Source: a virus (taxonomy: Duplodnaviria; Caudoviricetes). From it: 42,312 bases of DNA. Shown here one piece after another: positions 7,651 through 16,811 of the stretch. The DNA is taken from the IMG/VR virus record IMGVR_UViG_3300042784_000014, positions 1 through 42,312 of that record; one strand, written 5' to 3'. A program made the position numbers and the translations under genes. The first letter of the stretch is position 1; each line of letters starts with the position of its first letter. Under the pieces are notes generated by a model that did no database searches, was not told the DNA's origin, and worked only from the letters and a program-made list of their open reading frames with translations.

Positions 7651-7893
7651 ATGGGAACAGCAAAAGAATGGCAGGTTTTTATATTAGGTATTTTGTGGGG
7701 GCTTATGTTGTTTAGATTCATTCCATTAATGATTAAAGATGTATTGAAAATGTTTAGAGAAACAAAAAAACGTCCAGCTGCTCTAACAGCTGAACGAGGT
7801 AAAAAAAACATCAACAAATATAGTATAACAAATAGTTGTAAAGATTTCTACTCTCAGGATATAGAAAGGTGGGCAAGTGATGAAAGAAATTAA
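7651..7893 (+). CDS. Small membrane protein
   Basis: N-terminal hydrophobic helix; AAGGAGGT RBS. Confidence 0.65.
   Translation: MGTAKEWQVFILGILWGLMLFRFIPLMIKDVLKMFRETKKRPAALTAERGKKNINKYSITNSCKDFYSQDIERWASDERN
7764..7796 (-). terminator. Intrinsic terminator on the antisense strand
   Basis: A7 run followed by the stem CGTCCAGCTG-ctctaa-CAGCTGAACG. Confidence 0.55.
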
Positions 7894-9910
7894 ATTATTA
7901 TTGCTAGAATTAAAGAATTTCAAAGGAGCTAAAAAATTAAAGATTGAGCCTAAAGGTAAAAATATTGATATATATGGCCAGAATGAAACTAAAAAAACTA
8001 CTATAGCTGATGCCTGGTCCTGGTTGTTCTTTGATAAAGACACAATGGATCAGAGCCCACAGAAATTTGATATTAAACCTCTCGATGAGAACAATGAACC
8101 AATACACGGCTTAATTACAGCTGTTAAAGCAACTATTGAAGTCAACGGCAGTCAGAAAACTTTTGAAAAAAAATACTATGAAAAATGGGAAAAGAAAAAA
8201 GGAAGTATAGATGAAGTTTTTACCGGTCATACTACTGATTGTTATGTAAGCGGAGTGGGAGTTAGTAAAACTGAATTTGAAGAGGAAGTTAAAAAGATAG
8301 CTCCAGAGAAAATATTTAGGCTGCTTACTGATCCTAAATATTACAATGAGCAGCTGCACTGGAAAGAAAGGCGTAAAATATTAACAGATTATGTCGGTGG
8401 AATTAGTTCTGAAGAAATATTTAAAGCCGAAGATAAATTAAGTAGTCTAGCTGAAGTTCTTGAAGATACTACTATTGAAAAGTATAAAGATTCGCTTAAA
8501 GACAAACTTAATAAACTAAATGATGAAATAAAGAAAATCCCTATAAGGATAGATGAAGTTAATAATAATTTACCTGATGTTTCAGAGATATCTAAAGACG
8601 AAGTCAAATCAGAGATTGAAAATTTAAAACAGAATAAAAAACTATTAGAAAAAGAACTTTCTGCAACTGAAAATGGTAATGAAATTTCTAATAAAGAAAA
8701 GAAATTAGCTGAATTAGAAGCTGAATTGCAACAGATTAAAATTAAACATCGGTCTGATTATGATGAAAAAATTACTGAATTAAAAAATGATGGTGAGGAA
8801 ATAAAAGATAACATCTCAACTTTGAAGAGAAAAATTAGAAATAAAAAGTTAGATTTTAAGGAAAATAGAAATAAAATGCAAGAGTTTAAAGAACAAATAA
8901 ATGAATTGGCTGCAGCTTTTAGAAAAATTAATGCTGAAGAAATAGAAGTTGAAGATAAATGTCCAACTTGTGGCCAGATATTACCTAAAGATCAACTTAA
9001 GGCTGCTAAAAAGAAAGCTAAATTAGACAAGGCAGAGAGATTAGAGAATATAAAAAAGCAGGGTAATAGCAATAAATCTAGGTACATGGAGTTAAAAGAA
9101 AAGACTAAATTATTAATTACTGCAGTAAATAACCTAAAAGAAGAGCTGAGTGGTTTAGAAAAAGTTAAGGATGATATTTATAATGAGTTATTTGAATTGA
9201 AGAAAAAGGCTGAAGCTTATCAAGATAATTTTCAGTACCAGAAAAAACTTAAAGAAAAAGAAAATATTGAAGAAACTATCCAAAAAATTAGAGATGATAA
9301 TCAGGATGCTGTTAATAAAGTTAATACCAAAATCGCTGAAATTGAAAATAAGATTGAAAAATTGCAGTCTGAATTAAGTAAAATTGATCAATATAATTCT
9401 GGCCAAGAAAGAATTGAAGAGTTGAAAACTGAAGAAGAAAAACTCGCTGAAAAGTATCAAGAATTAGAAAAGAAAAAATACCTCTGTGAACAATTTGAAA
9501 AAACGAGAGCAGAGCTGCTGGAAGAAAAGGTAAATGATAAATTTAAACTGGCTAAGTTTAAACTCTTTGAGAAGAATATAAACGGCACAATAGAGCCTAC
9601 TTGTCGCACAATATATAAAGGGGTCCCATACAACACAAACTTGAATAACGGCCATAAAATAATTGTTGGAATCGATATTATAAACACCCTAGCAGAACAC
9701 TATGAATTTAGAGCACCAATTTTTGTAGATAATATGGAATCAGTTACTCAAAAAATAGATTCTGAAAGTCAGTTAATTAAGTTAACTGCAAAAGAGGATG
9801 TAGAAGATCTGGTCATTCTAACTGATAATGAAAAAGATTTTGAGAAACTCTCAAAAGTCTTTGGTAAAGAAAAAGCTGAAGAGATTTGTGGCATGAAAGA
9901 AGCTAGTTAG
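7877..9910 (+). CDS. SbcC/Rad50-like coiled-coil ATPase
   Basis: L.NFKG, Walker A-like GQNETKKTT, long coiled coil, CPTCG zinc hook, LNNG signature, IFVDNME Walker B. Confidence 0.88.
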   Translation: MMKEIKLLLLELKNFKGAKKLKIEPKGKNIDIYGQNETKKTTIADAWSWLFFDKDTMDQSPQKFDIKPLDENNEPIHGLITAVKATIEVNGSQKTFEKKYYEKWEKKKGSIDEVFTGHTTDCYVSGVGVSKTEFEEEVKKIAPEKIFRLLTDPKYYNEQLHWKERRKILTDYVGGISSEEIFKAEDKLSSLAEVLEDTTIEKYKDSLKDKLNKLNDEIKKIPIRIDEVNNNLPDVSEISKDEVKSEIENLKQNKKLLEKELSATENGNEISNKEKKLAELEAELQQIKIKHRSDYDEKITELKNDGEEIKDNISTLKRKIRNKKLDFKENRNKMQEFKEQINELAAAFRKINAEEIEVEDKCPTCGQILPKDQLKAAKKKAKLDKAERLENIKKQGNSNKSRYMELKEKTKLLITAVNNLKEELSGLEKVKDDIYNELFELKKKAEAYQDNFQYQKKLKEKENIEETIQKIRDDNQDAVNKVNTKIAEIENKIEKLQSELSKIDQYNSGQERIEELKTEEEKLAEKYQELEKKKYLCEQFEKTRAELLEEKVNDKFKLAKFKLFEKNINGTIEPTCRTIYKGVPYNTNLNNGHKIIVGIDIINTLAEHYEFRAPIFVDNMESVTQKIDSESQLIKLTAKEDVEDLVILTDNEKDFEKLSKVFGKEKAEEICGMKEAS

Positions 9911-10057
9911 ATGAGTAAAGATGAAAAATTAAAAAGGCTTGAGAGAAATATGAAGTTTTGTAAAGACTTCTCTCAAGCCAATCATTTTAGACCTTTGTTT
10001 ATCTACTATTACAAACAGAAAATAAACAAATTAAAAGGAACGGATAAGAATGCCTGA
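9911..10057 (+). CDS. Small basic hypothetical protein, 48 aa (not in ORF track)
   Basis: MSKDEKLKRLERNMKFCK...; abuts both neighbours. Confidence 0.5.
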   Translation: MSKDEKLKRLERNMKFCKDFSQANHFRPLFIYYYKQKINKLKGTDKNA

Positions 10058-10238
10058 AATAATCTGTCCTTGGGATCTATGTGTCCATAATACTAGATTT
10101 CACGATAAAGCAGAATCAAATTGTACAAAAGATAAAGTCAAGTTAAGTATTTCTGGAGAGATTAATCAATTCTTAAGTTGTGGAGATTTTAAATCTGTTA
10201 TTAGTGAAAGGAGAACTATTAATGCCCGAAATTATTAG
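10050..10238 (+). CDS. Small Cys-rich protein (DUF1540-like pattern)
   Basis: I.C...C.HN....C....V.L.....C..F. Confidence 0.6.
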   Translation: MPEIICPWDLCVHNTRFHDKAESNCTKDKVKLSISGEINQFLSCGDFKSVISERRTINARNY

Positions 10239-10473
10239 TCCTTATGATGAATTCAAAAAGTTTTTAGAAGAATATAGTAACGATAATTGGTTTGAGTTTG
10301 GTTATGGTTTAATAGTTGTTTTTGGTGATGAGAAGATTAATATCCGGCAATATCATAATGATGGTTTTTGGTTAAGCAGCTGGGTTGACAAAAAAGAGTT
10401 TTTTGAAAGAATAAATCAGTTTCCAGTTAGAGAAAGTTTAAAAATCAATGAGGAGGAAAAGAATAATGAGTAA
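10222..10473 (+). CDS. Hypothetical protein
   Basis: ATG 10222 with AAAGGAG RBS (ORF track starts at 10180). Confidence 0.65.
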   Translation: MPEIISPYDEFKKFLEEYSNDNWFEFGYGLIVVFGDEKINIRQYHNDGFWLSSWVDKKEFFERINQFPVRESLKINEEEKNNE

Positions 10474-11281
10474 AAATAAAAATGAAGTTGCAGAAAAGGA
10501 AAATAATAATATTCAGGTGACACCAGGTTTTGATAGTTTAGACAATTTTAATTTAGCCTTAAAAACAGCTAACTTATTATCTAAATCATCTCTTGTACCT
10601 AAAAATTATCAAGGTAATATCCCAAACTGTGTAATTGCTATTAATATGGCTCAAAGAATGCAGGCTGATCCATTGATGGTTATGCAGAATTTATACATTG
10701 TTCATGGCAAACCAGGCTGGTCTGCTCAATTTCTAATAAGTACATTTAATACCAGTGGTAGGTTTTCAGCAATTCGCTATAACTGGGTAGGAGAAAAAGG
10801 CGAAGATTCCTGGGGATGTCAGGCCTGGGCTTTAGAAAAAGAAACTGGAGATAAATTAGAGGGTGCAACAGTAACAATAAAACTAGCAAAAGATGAGGGC
10901 TGGTATTCTAAAACCGATAAGTATGGAAACGAAATTAGCAAGTGGCAGACAATGCCTGAGCAGATGTTGATGTATAGAGCTGCAGCCTGGTTTATTAGAA
11001 CTTATGCACCAGAAATTGCAATGGGTATGTACACTGAAGACGAGATTATAGATGTAACACCTGATCAAAAAGAGAGTGCTCATGATATAAATGTTGAGCA
11101 GGAAATATCAGAAAATGCTAATACACAAAAATTAGATATTGACCCATCAGAGCTTAATCCTGATGATAACAGCGATGAAGGAAAAGAAGCTAAAGAGCCT
11201 GAAAAAATTAAAGAAAATAAAGAAACTAAAGAAGAAAAAAGTTCTCAAGGAAAGCTAGAATTTGAAATTGAGGATGAATAA
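10466..11281 (+). CDS. RecT/Red-beta-like single-strand annealing recombinase
   Basis: VP..YQG...NC.IA..MA.R...P..VMQNL..V.G.P.W; W..MPEQML.YRAA; acidic C-terminal tail. Confidence 0.8.
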   Translation: MSKNKNEVAEKENNNIQVTPGFDSLDNFNLALKTANLLSKSSLVPKNYQGNIPNCVIAINMAQRMQADPLMVMQNLYIVHGKPGWSAQFLISTFNTSGRFSAIRYNWVGEKGEDSWGCQAWALEKETGDKLEGATVTIKLAKDEGWYSKTDKYGNEISKWQTMPEQMLMYRAAAWFIRTYAPEIAMGMYTEDEIIDVTPDQKESAHDINVEQEISENANTQKLDIDPSELNPDDNSDEGKEAKEPEKIKENKETKEEKSSQGKLEFEIEDE

Positions 11282-11283
11282 TA

Positions 11284-11997
11284 ATGTTAGAAATAAAAGC
11301 TTTAGCAAGTGGCAGTTCTGGGAATTGTTACAGAGTAAATGATGGTAAAACCAGTCTCTTAATTGAGGCTGGTATCTCTATACAAAAAATCAAAGAAAGT
11401 TTAGATTTTACTTTAACTGATATTGTTGGCTGCTTAATTAGCCATGAGCATGGTGATCATAGTAAATCTATTAGTGATGTTATAGCTGCAGGGGTTGATT
11501 GTTATTTAAGTCCAGGTACTATTGATGTGCTAGACAGTATTGACTCAAATCACCATCGCATTCATGCAATATCGGCTAAAAAACCGCTTCAAGTTGGTAG
11601 TTGGGTAGTTAAGCCATTTGAGGTTCAGCATGATGCAAATGACCCTATAGGATTCATTTTATGGTCTAGAAATACTGGAGATAAACTTATTTATATAACT
11701 GACTCATTTTATTCGAAATATACTTTTAATAAACCTGATTATATTATGGTTGAGTGTAACTATTCTGAAGAAATATTAAAGAAAAATGTTGAAGCTGGAA
11801 AGGTCCATCCAGTACTTGAAAAAAGACTTAAAAGAAGTCATTTTAGCTTAGAAAATGTTAAAGATTTTCTTAATTCTAATGACCTAAGAAATACAAAAGA
11901 AATCTGGTTATTACACCTTTCAGATACAAATAGTGATGAAAAATTATTTAAAAAAGAAGTTCAAGAATTAACAGGGAAATTAGTTTTTATAGCCTAG
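11284..11997 (+). CDS. Metallo-beta-lactamase-fold nuclease
   Basis: ASGSSGN, SHEHGDH, HDA, TD, ECNY, HLS motifs; next to the recombinase. Confidence 0.92.
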   Translation: MLEIKALASGSSGNCYRVNDGKTSLLIEAGISIQKIKESLDFTLTDIVGCLISHEHGDHSKSISDVIAAGVDCYLSPGTIDVLDSIDSNHHRIHAISAKKPLQVGSWVVKPFEVQHDANDPIGFILWSRNTGDKLIYITDSFYSKYTFNKPDYIMVECNYSEEILKKNVEAGKVHPVLEKRLKRSHFSLENVKDFLNSNDLRNTKEIWLLHLSDTNSDEKLFKKEVQELTGKLVFIA

Positions 11998-12000
11998 GAG

Positions 12001-12999
12001 GTGAATGTTTTGTCATTAAATTGTCGATACGTAAAATTAGCAACTAAGTTCTGGACTGATGAAAAAATAATAAATTTGCCACATAATGTGAAATTACTTA
12101 ATTTATATGTACTTACTTCTCCACATTCTAACATGGCTGGGTATTATCGATTACCAAAAGCTTACATTCAAGCAGATTTACAAATTTCAAAAGAAGAGTT
12201 AGATAAAGCCTTTAGTAAATTGTTAGAGGAAGGGTTGATTAAGTATTGTGAAAAGAGTTCTATTGTCCTTGTTCCTAACTATTATAAGTACAATCCTATA
12301 CAAAATAAGAACCAGGCTAAAGGTGCAATTAAAAGAACAAAAGAGTTACCTAAAAATTCTTTAGTGGACGATTATAAAAAAGCAATTGAGCTACATGCAG
12401 ATAAATATAAAAACGTTTTATTTAAAGGGTTACCCGAAGCCTTTGATAAACGCTTAGGCAATACAGAAACAGTAACAGAAACAGTAACAGAAGTAAGTAA
12501 TATACGTTCGGACTCTGACGAGCCGACGAACGATGATTCTGTGGATAACTCTAAAAAAGAAAAAAATGGATATGAAGAACCTAAGTTTAAAAGAGACTCT
12601 TTTGCATATAGAGCAGCTAGTTATTTGAGAAAAAGAATTTTAGAAAATAATCCTAGGCAACCTGTTCCTGATGAAAATCCTAATGAACTTGAAGATTGGT
12701 GTATTGAATTGGATCGTTTAAACAGAATTGGTCCAATTGGTGCTGATCCAACTAAAGATTTAAGTTATAGCTGGGAAGAGATTGGTAAGCTAATTGATTA
12801 CAGCCAGGATGATGATTTCTGGAAGTCTAATATACTTAGTGCTGGAAAATTAAGAGATAAAATAACGACTTTGGAAACGCAAATGTCAAACCGTAAAAGT
12901 AAAAATAATCAGAAAGTCAAAGTATCTAACCAAAGGGCAGAGAATTCTGATTACAAGTGGAAAGATTTCTTTATCGACTTTGATAAATTTAAGGAGTGA
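12001..12999 (+). CDS. Replication initiator / replisome organizer
   Basis: N-terminal winged-helix-type FW.D..LY.LT.PH.N.AG.Y; central repeat linker; C-terminal D.FW..NILS..KLR motif. Confidence 0.85.
   Translation: MNVLSLNCRYVKLATKFWTDEKIINLPHNVKLLNLYVLTSPHSNMAGYYRLPKAYIQADLQISKEELDKAFSKLLEEGLIKYCEKSSIVLVPNYYKYNPIQNKNQAKGAIKRTKELPKNSLVDDYKKAIELHADKYKNVLFKGLPEAFDKRLGNTETVTETVTEVSNIRSDSDEPTNDDSVDNSKKEKNGYEEPKFKRDSFAYRAASYLRKRILENNPRQPVPDENPNELEDWCIELDRLNRIGPIGADPTKDLSYSWEEIGKLIDYSQDDDFWKSNILSAGKLRDKITTLETQMSNRKSKNNQKVKVSNQRAENSDYKWKDFFIDFDKFKE
12412..12548. repeat. Probable replication origin inside rep: iteron-like repeats, tandem repeat and DnaA box
   Basis: 12-bp-phased AAAGGGTTA / GAAGCCTTT / AAACGCTTA (12424, 12436, 12448); ACAGAAACAGTA x2.5 (12463-12492); TGTGGATAA at 12540-12548. 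Confidence 0.6.
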
Positions 13000-13004
13000 T
13001 CTAG

Positions 13005-13268
13005 GTGGATATTGCAGAAAAAATAATTGTTATCGGTGATATCACTGATGAGGCAAAAAAAGACCTTGCATATTTACTCATGAATTTTAAAGCTGAAAAT
13101 GAAGAAAAAGACATTAACAAAGCTAGTTTTATAATTAAATGCGGGCTAGAAACTGCCGGTTATACCGATAAAAGCTTTACTTTGAGTGAAAGCAATAATT
13201 ATATTCGACTGGAGGTGCACAATGGACCTCCTGGAGAAATTAAAAAAAGATTGCCCTCAGTTGTCTGA
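13005..13268 (+). CDS. Hypothetical protein
   Basis: ORF with AAGGAGTG RBS. Confidence 0.65.
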   Translation: MDIAEKIIVIGDITDEAKKDLAYLLMNFKAENEEKDINKASFIIKCGLETAGYTDKSFTLSESNNYIRLEVHNGPPGEIKKRLPSVV

Positions 13269-13318
13269 AGAAAAAATCAAAAAAATTATAAGAGATTCAG
13301 AAAGGAAGGTGCAGAAAG

Positions 13319-13666
13319 ATGAAAATTTATAAATTCTGGAAAGATGGAGAAAAAGAAAATCATAGTTTTGTTGCAGCAAGAAGTTATAACTCTGCTCTGA
13401 AGATTTTTGAGAGTGAGAAAGATATCGAGCACGCAAAAATTAAAGGAGAAATTTTACTTAGGAAAAATCCAATATCCAGTAAAGATTACCTAAAAATAAA
13501 AATTTCTAAGGGAATAGTGCCTGAGGAGATAGATTTTGAATATTTTGGAGGGAATAGAGGGCGTTTAAGTATGATCAGGCCAGAGGTTAAAAATTTTATC
13601 CAAAAAGAAATAGAAATTGCTGTTGAAAAATATTTTGAAAATGAGGTGCCAGAACTGAATGGCTAA
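13319..13666 (+). CDS. Hypothetical protein
   Basis: ORF with RBS, coupled to the next gene. Confidence 0.65.
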   Translation: MKIYKFWKDGEKENHSFVAARSYNSALKIFESEKDIEHAKIKGEILLRKNPISSKDYLKIKISKGIVPEEIDFEYFGGNRGRLSMIRPEVKNFIQKEIEIAVEKYFENEVPELNG

Positions 13667-14126
13667 TTATAGACCAGCACCAGATGTTAAAAAAATCGCT
13701 GATAAATTAATTGACAAATATCATGGAAATTTAAGAGAGGCAAAAATAGTATATTTATTTCGAGATAAACCAATAAAGTCAAAAGGAAAAATTCAGTTAG
13801 GGAAAGCAACAAAAGTATCCGGGAAGTATAATGCTGTAACTGGAGCAGATTTCCTAATTGAAATAGCTGAGCCACAATTTTGGGATATGGAGCAAGAGAA
13901 ACAAAAGGCTCTAATTGATCATGAATTAAGTCACTGCTTTATTGATATTGAGGGGAATAGATCAATATTAAATCATGATTTTGAAGGGTTTAATTCAGTA
14001 CTTAAAAGGCATGGATTCTGGCATAATGATCTACAGCTGATGCAAAAGAATTTAAAGCAAATGAAACTGCCATTTAATTCAGTTGATGATAAAAAGCCAG
14101 AGCTTAAAGTGGTAAGCAGTAATTAA
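13659..14126 (+). CDS. Putative phage metallopeptidase
   Basis: ALIDHELSH (HExxH), HDFE.F..V..RHG.W. Confidence 0.85.
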   Translation: MANYRPAPDVKKIADKLIDKYHGNLREAKIVYLFRDKPIKSKGKIQLGKATKVSGKYNAVTGADFLIEIAEPQFWDMEQEKQKALIDHELSHCFIDIEGNRSILNHDFEGFNSVLKRHGFWHNDLQLMQKNLKQMKLPFNSVDDKKPELKVVSSN

Positions 14127-14150
14127 TTATGTAAAATTATTTTAAGGAGA

Positions 14151-14981
14151 GTGAAACATACAATGACTAATAAAAATGGAGTAAGAGCAACAGATATCAA
14201 AAAGGCTTTATCTCAATATCACAGCGATTCATATAAATCGACAATTTTCTTTGAAGTTAAAACAGGTCCAACTTATTTTAACTCAGATTTACTTATCATG
14301 GATGGACTGGCCATAAAAAAATCGTGGAAGAATCCAAAACTAACTGGTTATGAAATAAAAGTTTCTAGATCTGACTTTTTAAGAGATGAAAAATGGCGAG
14401 GATACCTTGACTATTGCCATAAGTTTTATTTTGTTTGTCCTAAAGGTTTAATTTCCAGAGATGAAATCGAGGCTCTAGATGAAAACGTTGGGCTAATATA
14501 TTATCACGAAGATTATAATAACTGCAGATTACACACTATGAAAGCTCCAGTATATAGAAATATTGGTTTTCCTCCTAAGGAGCTGCTGTATTATATATTA
14601 CTTTCAAAAGTGGATAGAGATAAAGATCCTTTTTATGATAGCCAGGCTGATTATTTTAGAGAGTTAGTTGATAAAAAAGAAAATAATCAAAGTTTAGGCT
14701 ATGCTGTTAGAGGCAAAATAGGAGATGTCATTGTAGAACAAGAAAAAGAGAACAATAAATTGCAGAAAAAATTAGAGAGATATGAGGGTAAAGAGGAAAT
14801 TTTAAGTCAGGTAATTTCATATCTAACTCAAAAAGGGGTTCTAACAGGTTGGGATAATATTCTTCGTGAGGATTGGAAAGAGAAACTGGATGATGTTCTG
14901 GGATCTAATTTGGCTTCTCATGAAAAATACAAAATAAAGAACGCGATAGATTCGGTTGAAAAGCTAAAGAAAATTCTCTAG
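14151..14981 (+). CDS. MmcB-like PD-(D/E)xK nuclease with coiled-coil tail
   Basis: EVKTG..MD.LA...GYEIKVSRSDF..D.KW..Y..YC..FYFV.P. Confidence 0.8.
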   Translation: MKHTMTNKNGVRATDIKKALSQYHSDSYKSTIFFEVKTGPTYFNSDLLIMDGLAIKKSWKNPKLTGYEIKVSRSDFLRDEKWRGYLDYCHKFYFVCPKGLISRDEIEALDENVGLIYYHEDYNNCRLHTMKAPVYRNIGFPPKELLYYILLSKVDRDKDPFYDSQADYFRELVDKKENNQSLGYAVRGKIGDVIVEQEKENNKLQKKLERYEGKEEILSQVISYLTQKGVLTGWDNILREDWKEKLDDVLGSNLASHEKYKIKNAIDSVEKLKKIL

Positions 14982-14991
14982 TAGGAGGTAG

Positions 14992-15264
14992 ATGATTTTG
15001 AATATTGAGGAGATCAAGAATTGTAGATATTGGAAATTAGTTCACTCTGTAATCAAAAAAGTAGAAAACTCAAATATTGAAGAAAATGACAAACAGAAAA
15101 TATACCAGGATTTATATCAGCTTGAAGATATAAACAAAAACTTATTAGATGCAGCAGAATTAGTTATCTCGTCTAATATGCCAGCAACTAATGCTGGCGA
15201 AGAGATAATGGCCTTGGACAGATTATATGATGCTACTAAAGAAGCTAAAGGGATTGATAAATAA
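14992..15264 (+). CDS. Hypothetical protein
   Basis: ORF with AGGAGGT RBS. Confidence 0.7.
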   Translation: MILNIEEIKNCRYWKLVHSVIKKVENSNIEENDKQKIYQDLYQLEDINKNLLDAAELVISSNMPATNAGEEIMALDRLYDATKEAKGIDK

Positions 15265-15452
15265 TGTCTAAACATGAAGTTATTTTCAAAAAAGATGGAG
15301 AAATCAAAAAAGATATAATAGAAGCTAGAAATCAGTCAGCAGCGGTTGAAAAATGTAAAGTAAAACATAATACTACTCATATTATTGGAGTACGAAAACC
15401 TAAAATTGACTATAGAAAAATTACTAATAAGTTTTTTGGGAGAATGATATAA
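15264..15452 (+). CDS. Hypothetical protein
   Basis: TAATG coupling to the upstream gene. Confidence 0.6.
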   Translation: MSKHEVIFKKDGEIKKDIIEARNQSAAVEKCKVKHNTTHIIGVRKPKIDYRKITNKFFGRMI

Positions 15453-15800
15453 ATGCTGAACCGAATTGTACTAATTGGCCGGTTGACCAGAGATCCTGAA
15501 CTACGCTATACCAGCAATGGTACTCCAGTCTGCAACTTTACACTGGCAGTAGAAAGAAACTATACCAATCGGGACGGAGAAAAAGATGTGGATTTCATTG
15601 ATATTGTAACCTGGAGAGCTCTGGCAGAGAATTGCGCCCGGCATCTTGGAAAGGGAAGACTTGTTGGGATAGATGGATCATTGCAGATTCGCAAAAGTGA
15701 AAATAATAATAGAACATATATTAATCCAGAAGTTAATGCAGATAATGTCAGGTTTTTAGACTGGAGTAACAATAATCAAAATGCTGCAGCAAGTTATTAA
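15453..15800 (+). CDS. ssb: Single-stranded DNA-binding protein without acidic C-terminal tail
   Basis: MLNRIVLIGRLTRDPELRYT..FTLAV.R..DFI..V.W..LAE..KG.LV.I.G. Confidence 0.96.
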   Translation: MLNRIVLIGRLTRDPELRYTSNGTPVCNFTLAVERNYTNRDGEKDVDFIDIVTWRALAENCARHLGKGRLVGIDGSLQIRKSENNNRTYINPEVNADNVRFLDWSNNNQNAAASY

Positions 15801-15817
15801 ATTTGAGGTGATTTGAT

Positions 15818-16093
15818 ATGGGACACGCTAAAAAGATTGGTCCTTCAAGAAGTAAATCAGATATGAATAGTTTTTATAATGACTATATAGCGTGTTTTGA
15901 TTTAGATTTTAGTTGGAATGAACAGCAGCTAAATAGAGTGAAAGTATATTGGGAAGCTGGTTATCATATAGCAGATATAGCTGAAAAAGTAGACAGAATT
16001 ATTGATGAAGTAGCTATTTTAATTATTGATTTATCTAGAAAAGGAGAAATAGAGGAAAGATCAGGAGGTGTCTTTGGTGACAAATGTAATTAG
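15818..16093 (+). CDS. Small HTH-like phage protein
   Basis: YIA..LDF.W...W..G..I.DIA...R..EVA.LI.D pattern. Confidence 0.65.
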   Translation: MGHAKKIGPSRSKSDMNSFYNDYIACFDLDFSWNEQQLNRVKVYWEAGYHIADIAEKVDRIIDEVAILIIDLSRKGEIEERSGGVFGDKCN

Positions 16094-16244
16094 AGAAAGT
16101 TTTGGAGTTTTAGTTATTGATGGAATAATAATGCATTCACCGGCAACTATAGATACAGATAGGCCGGGTGAGTTTAAAATATTATATACACCAGGGGATG
16201 ATAAAGTTGAATGGTTGGAGGCATCTGAGCGAAAAGCAAATTAA
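16077..16244 (+). CDS. Hypothetical protein, 55 aa (not in ORF track)
   Basis: AGGAGGTG RBS + GTG; MTNVIRESFGVLVIDG...ERKAN*. Confidence 0.55.
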   Translation: MTNVIRESFGVLVIDGIIMHSPATIDTDRPGEFKILYTPGDDKVEWLEASERKAN

Positions 16245-16629
16245 AAATATTTCAACAGACAAAAGCAATCAAATTAAGATTAATAATATCCCGCTTGAAG
16301 AAGAAGAACAGAAAAAACTAGCGGAGTATTTAAATTATAAATTTTCAGTTCTTGATTGGTGTCATGTACCTAATGAAGGCCAGCATAAGGTCCAGTACTA
16401 TGTTAAACAAAAGAAGTTGGGAGTTAAATCAGGTGTACCTGATGTTCTGATATTTAGGGCACCTAAGCAGTATAATGGCATAGCAATTGAATTAAAGAGA
16501 ATTAAAGGTGGTAAGGTTAGTAAAACTCAAAAAGAATGGTTAGCAAGACTTAAAGCAAATGGCTGGCTAACAAAAGTAGCCAGGGGAGCAGATGATGCTA
16601 TTGAATTCTTAGAAGAATTGGAGGCTTAA
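16207..16629 (+). CDS. VRR-NUC domain nuclease (Holliday-junction resolvase-like)
   Basis: HVPNEG..GVKSGVPDV..IELK..G.VS..Q..W; start probably TTG 16207 (ORF track 16168). Confidence 0.88.
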   Translation: MNGWRHLSEKQIKNISTDKSNQIKINNIPLEEEEQKKLAEYLNYKFSVLDWCHVPNEGQHKVQYYVKQKKLGVKSGVPDVLIFRAPKQYNGIAIELKRIKGGKVSKTQKEWLARLKANGWLTKVARGADDAIEFLEELEA

Positions 16630-16631
16630 TC

Positions 16632-16811
16632 ATGACAGTAGGGGAGCAAATAGAAAAGCGGCAGCCACAAATATATAATTTTTTAATTGATTGTTTTGAT
16701 TTAAACTTTAGAAGAACTAAAAGAGTTGAGCCAGTAAATTTTACAGAAGATGATCCACTATTTAATTACTTTAAAGATATGATGGAAAAGCCGAGGGGAG
16801 TGAAACTCTAA
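16632..16811 (+). CDS. Hypothetical protein, 59 aa (not in ORF track)
   Basis: GGAGG RBS, MTVGEQIEKRQPQIY...; TAATG coupling to the next gene. Confidence 0.65.
   Translation: MTVGEQIEKRQPQIYNFLIDCFDLNFRRTKRVEPVNFTEDDPLFNYFKDMMEKPRGVKL

Noticed and set aside
7626-9687. Minus-strand ORFs within early genes (7626, 7783, 8111, 8389, 9457, 9464)
   Set aside because: Shadow frames of Lys/Glu-rich genes; no RBS, Phe/Ser/Leu-biased.
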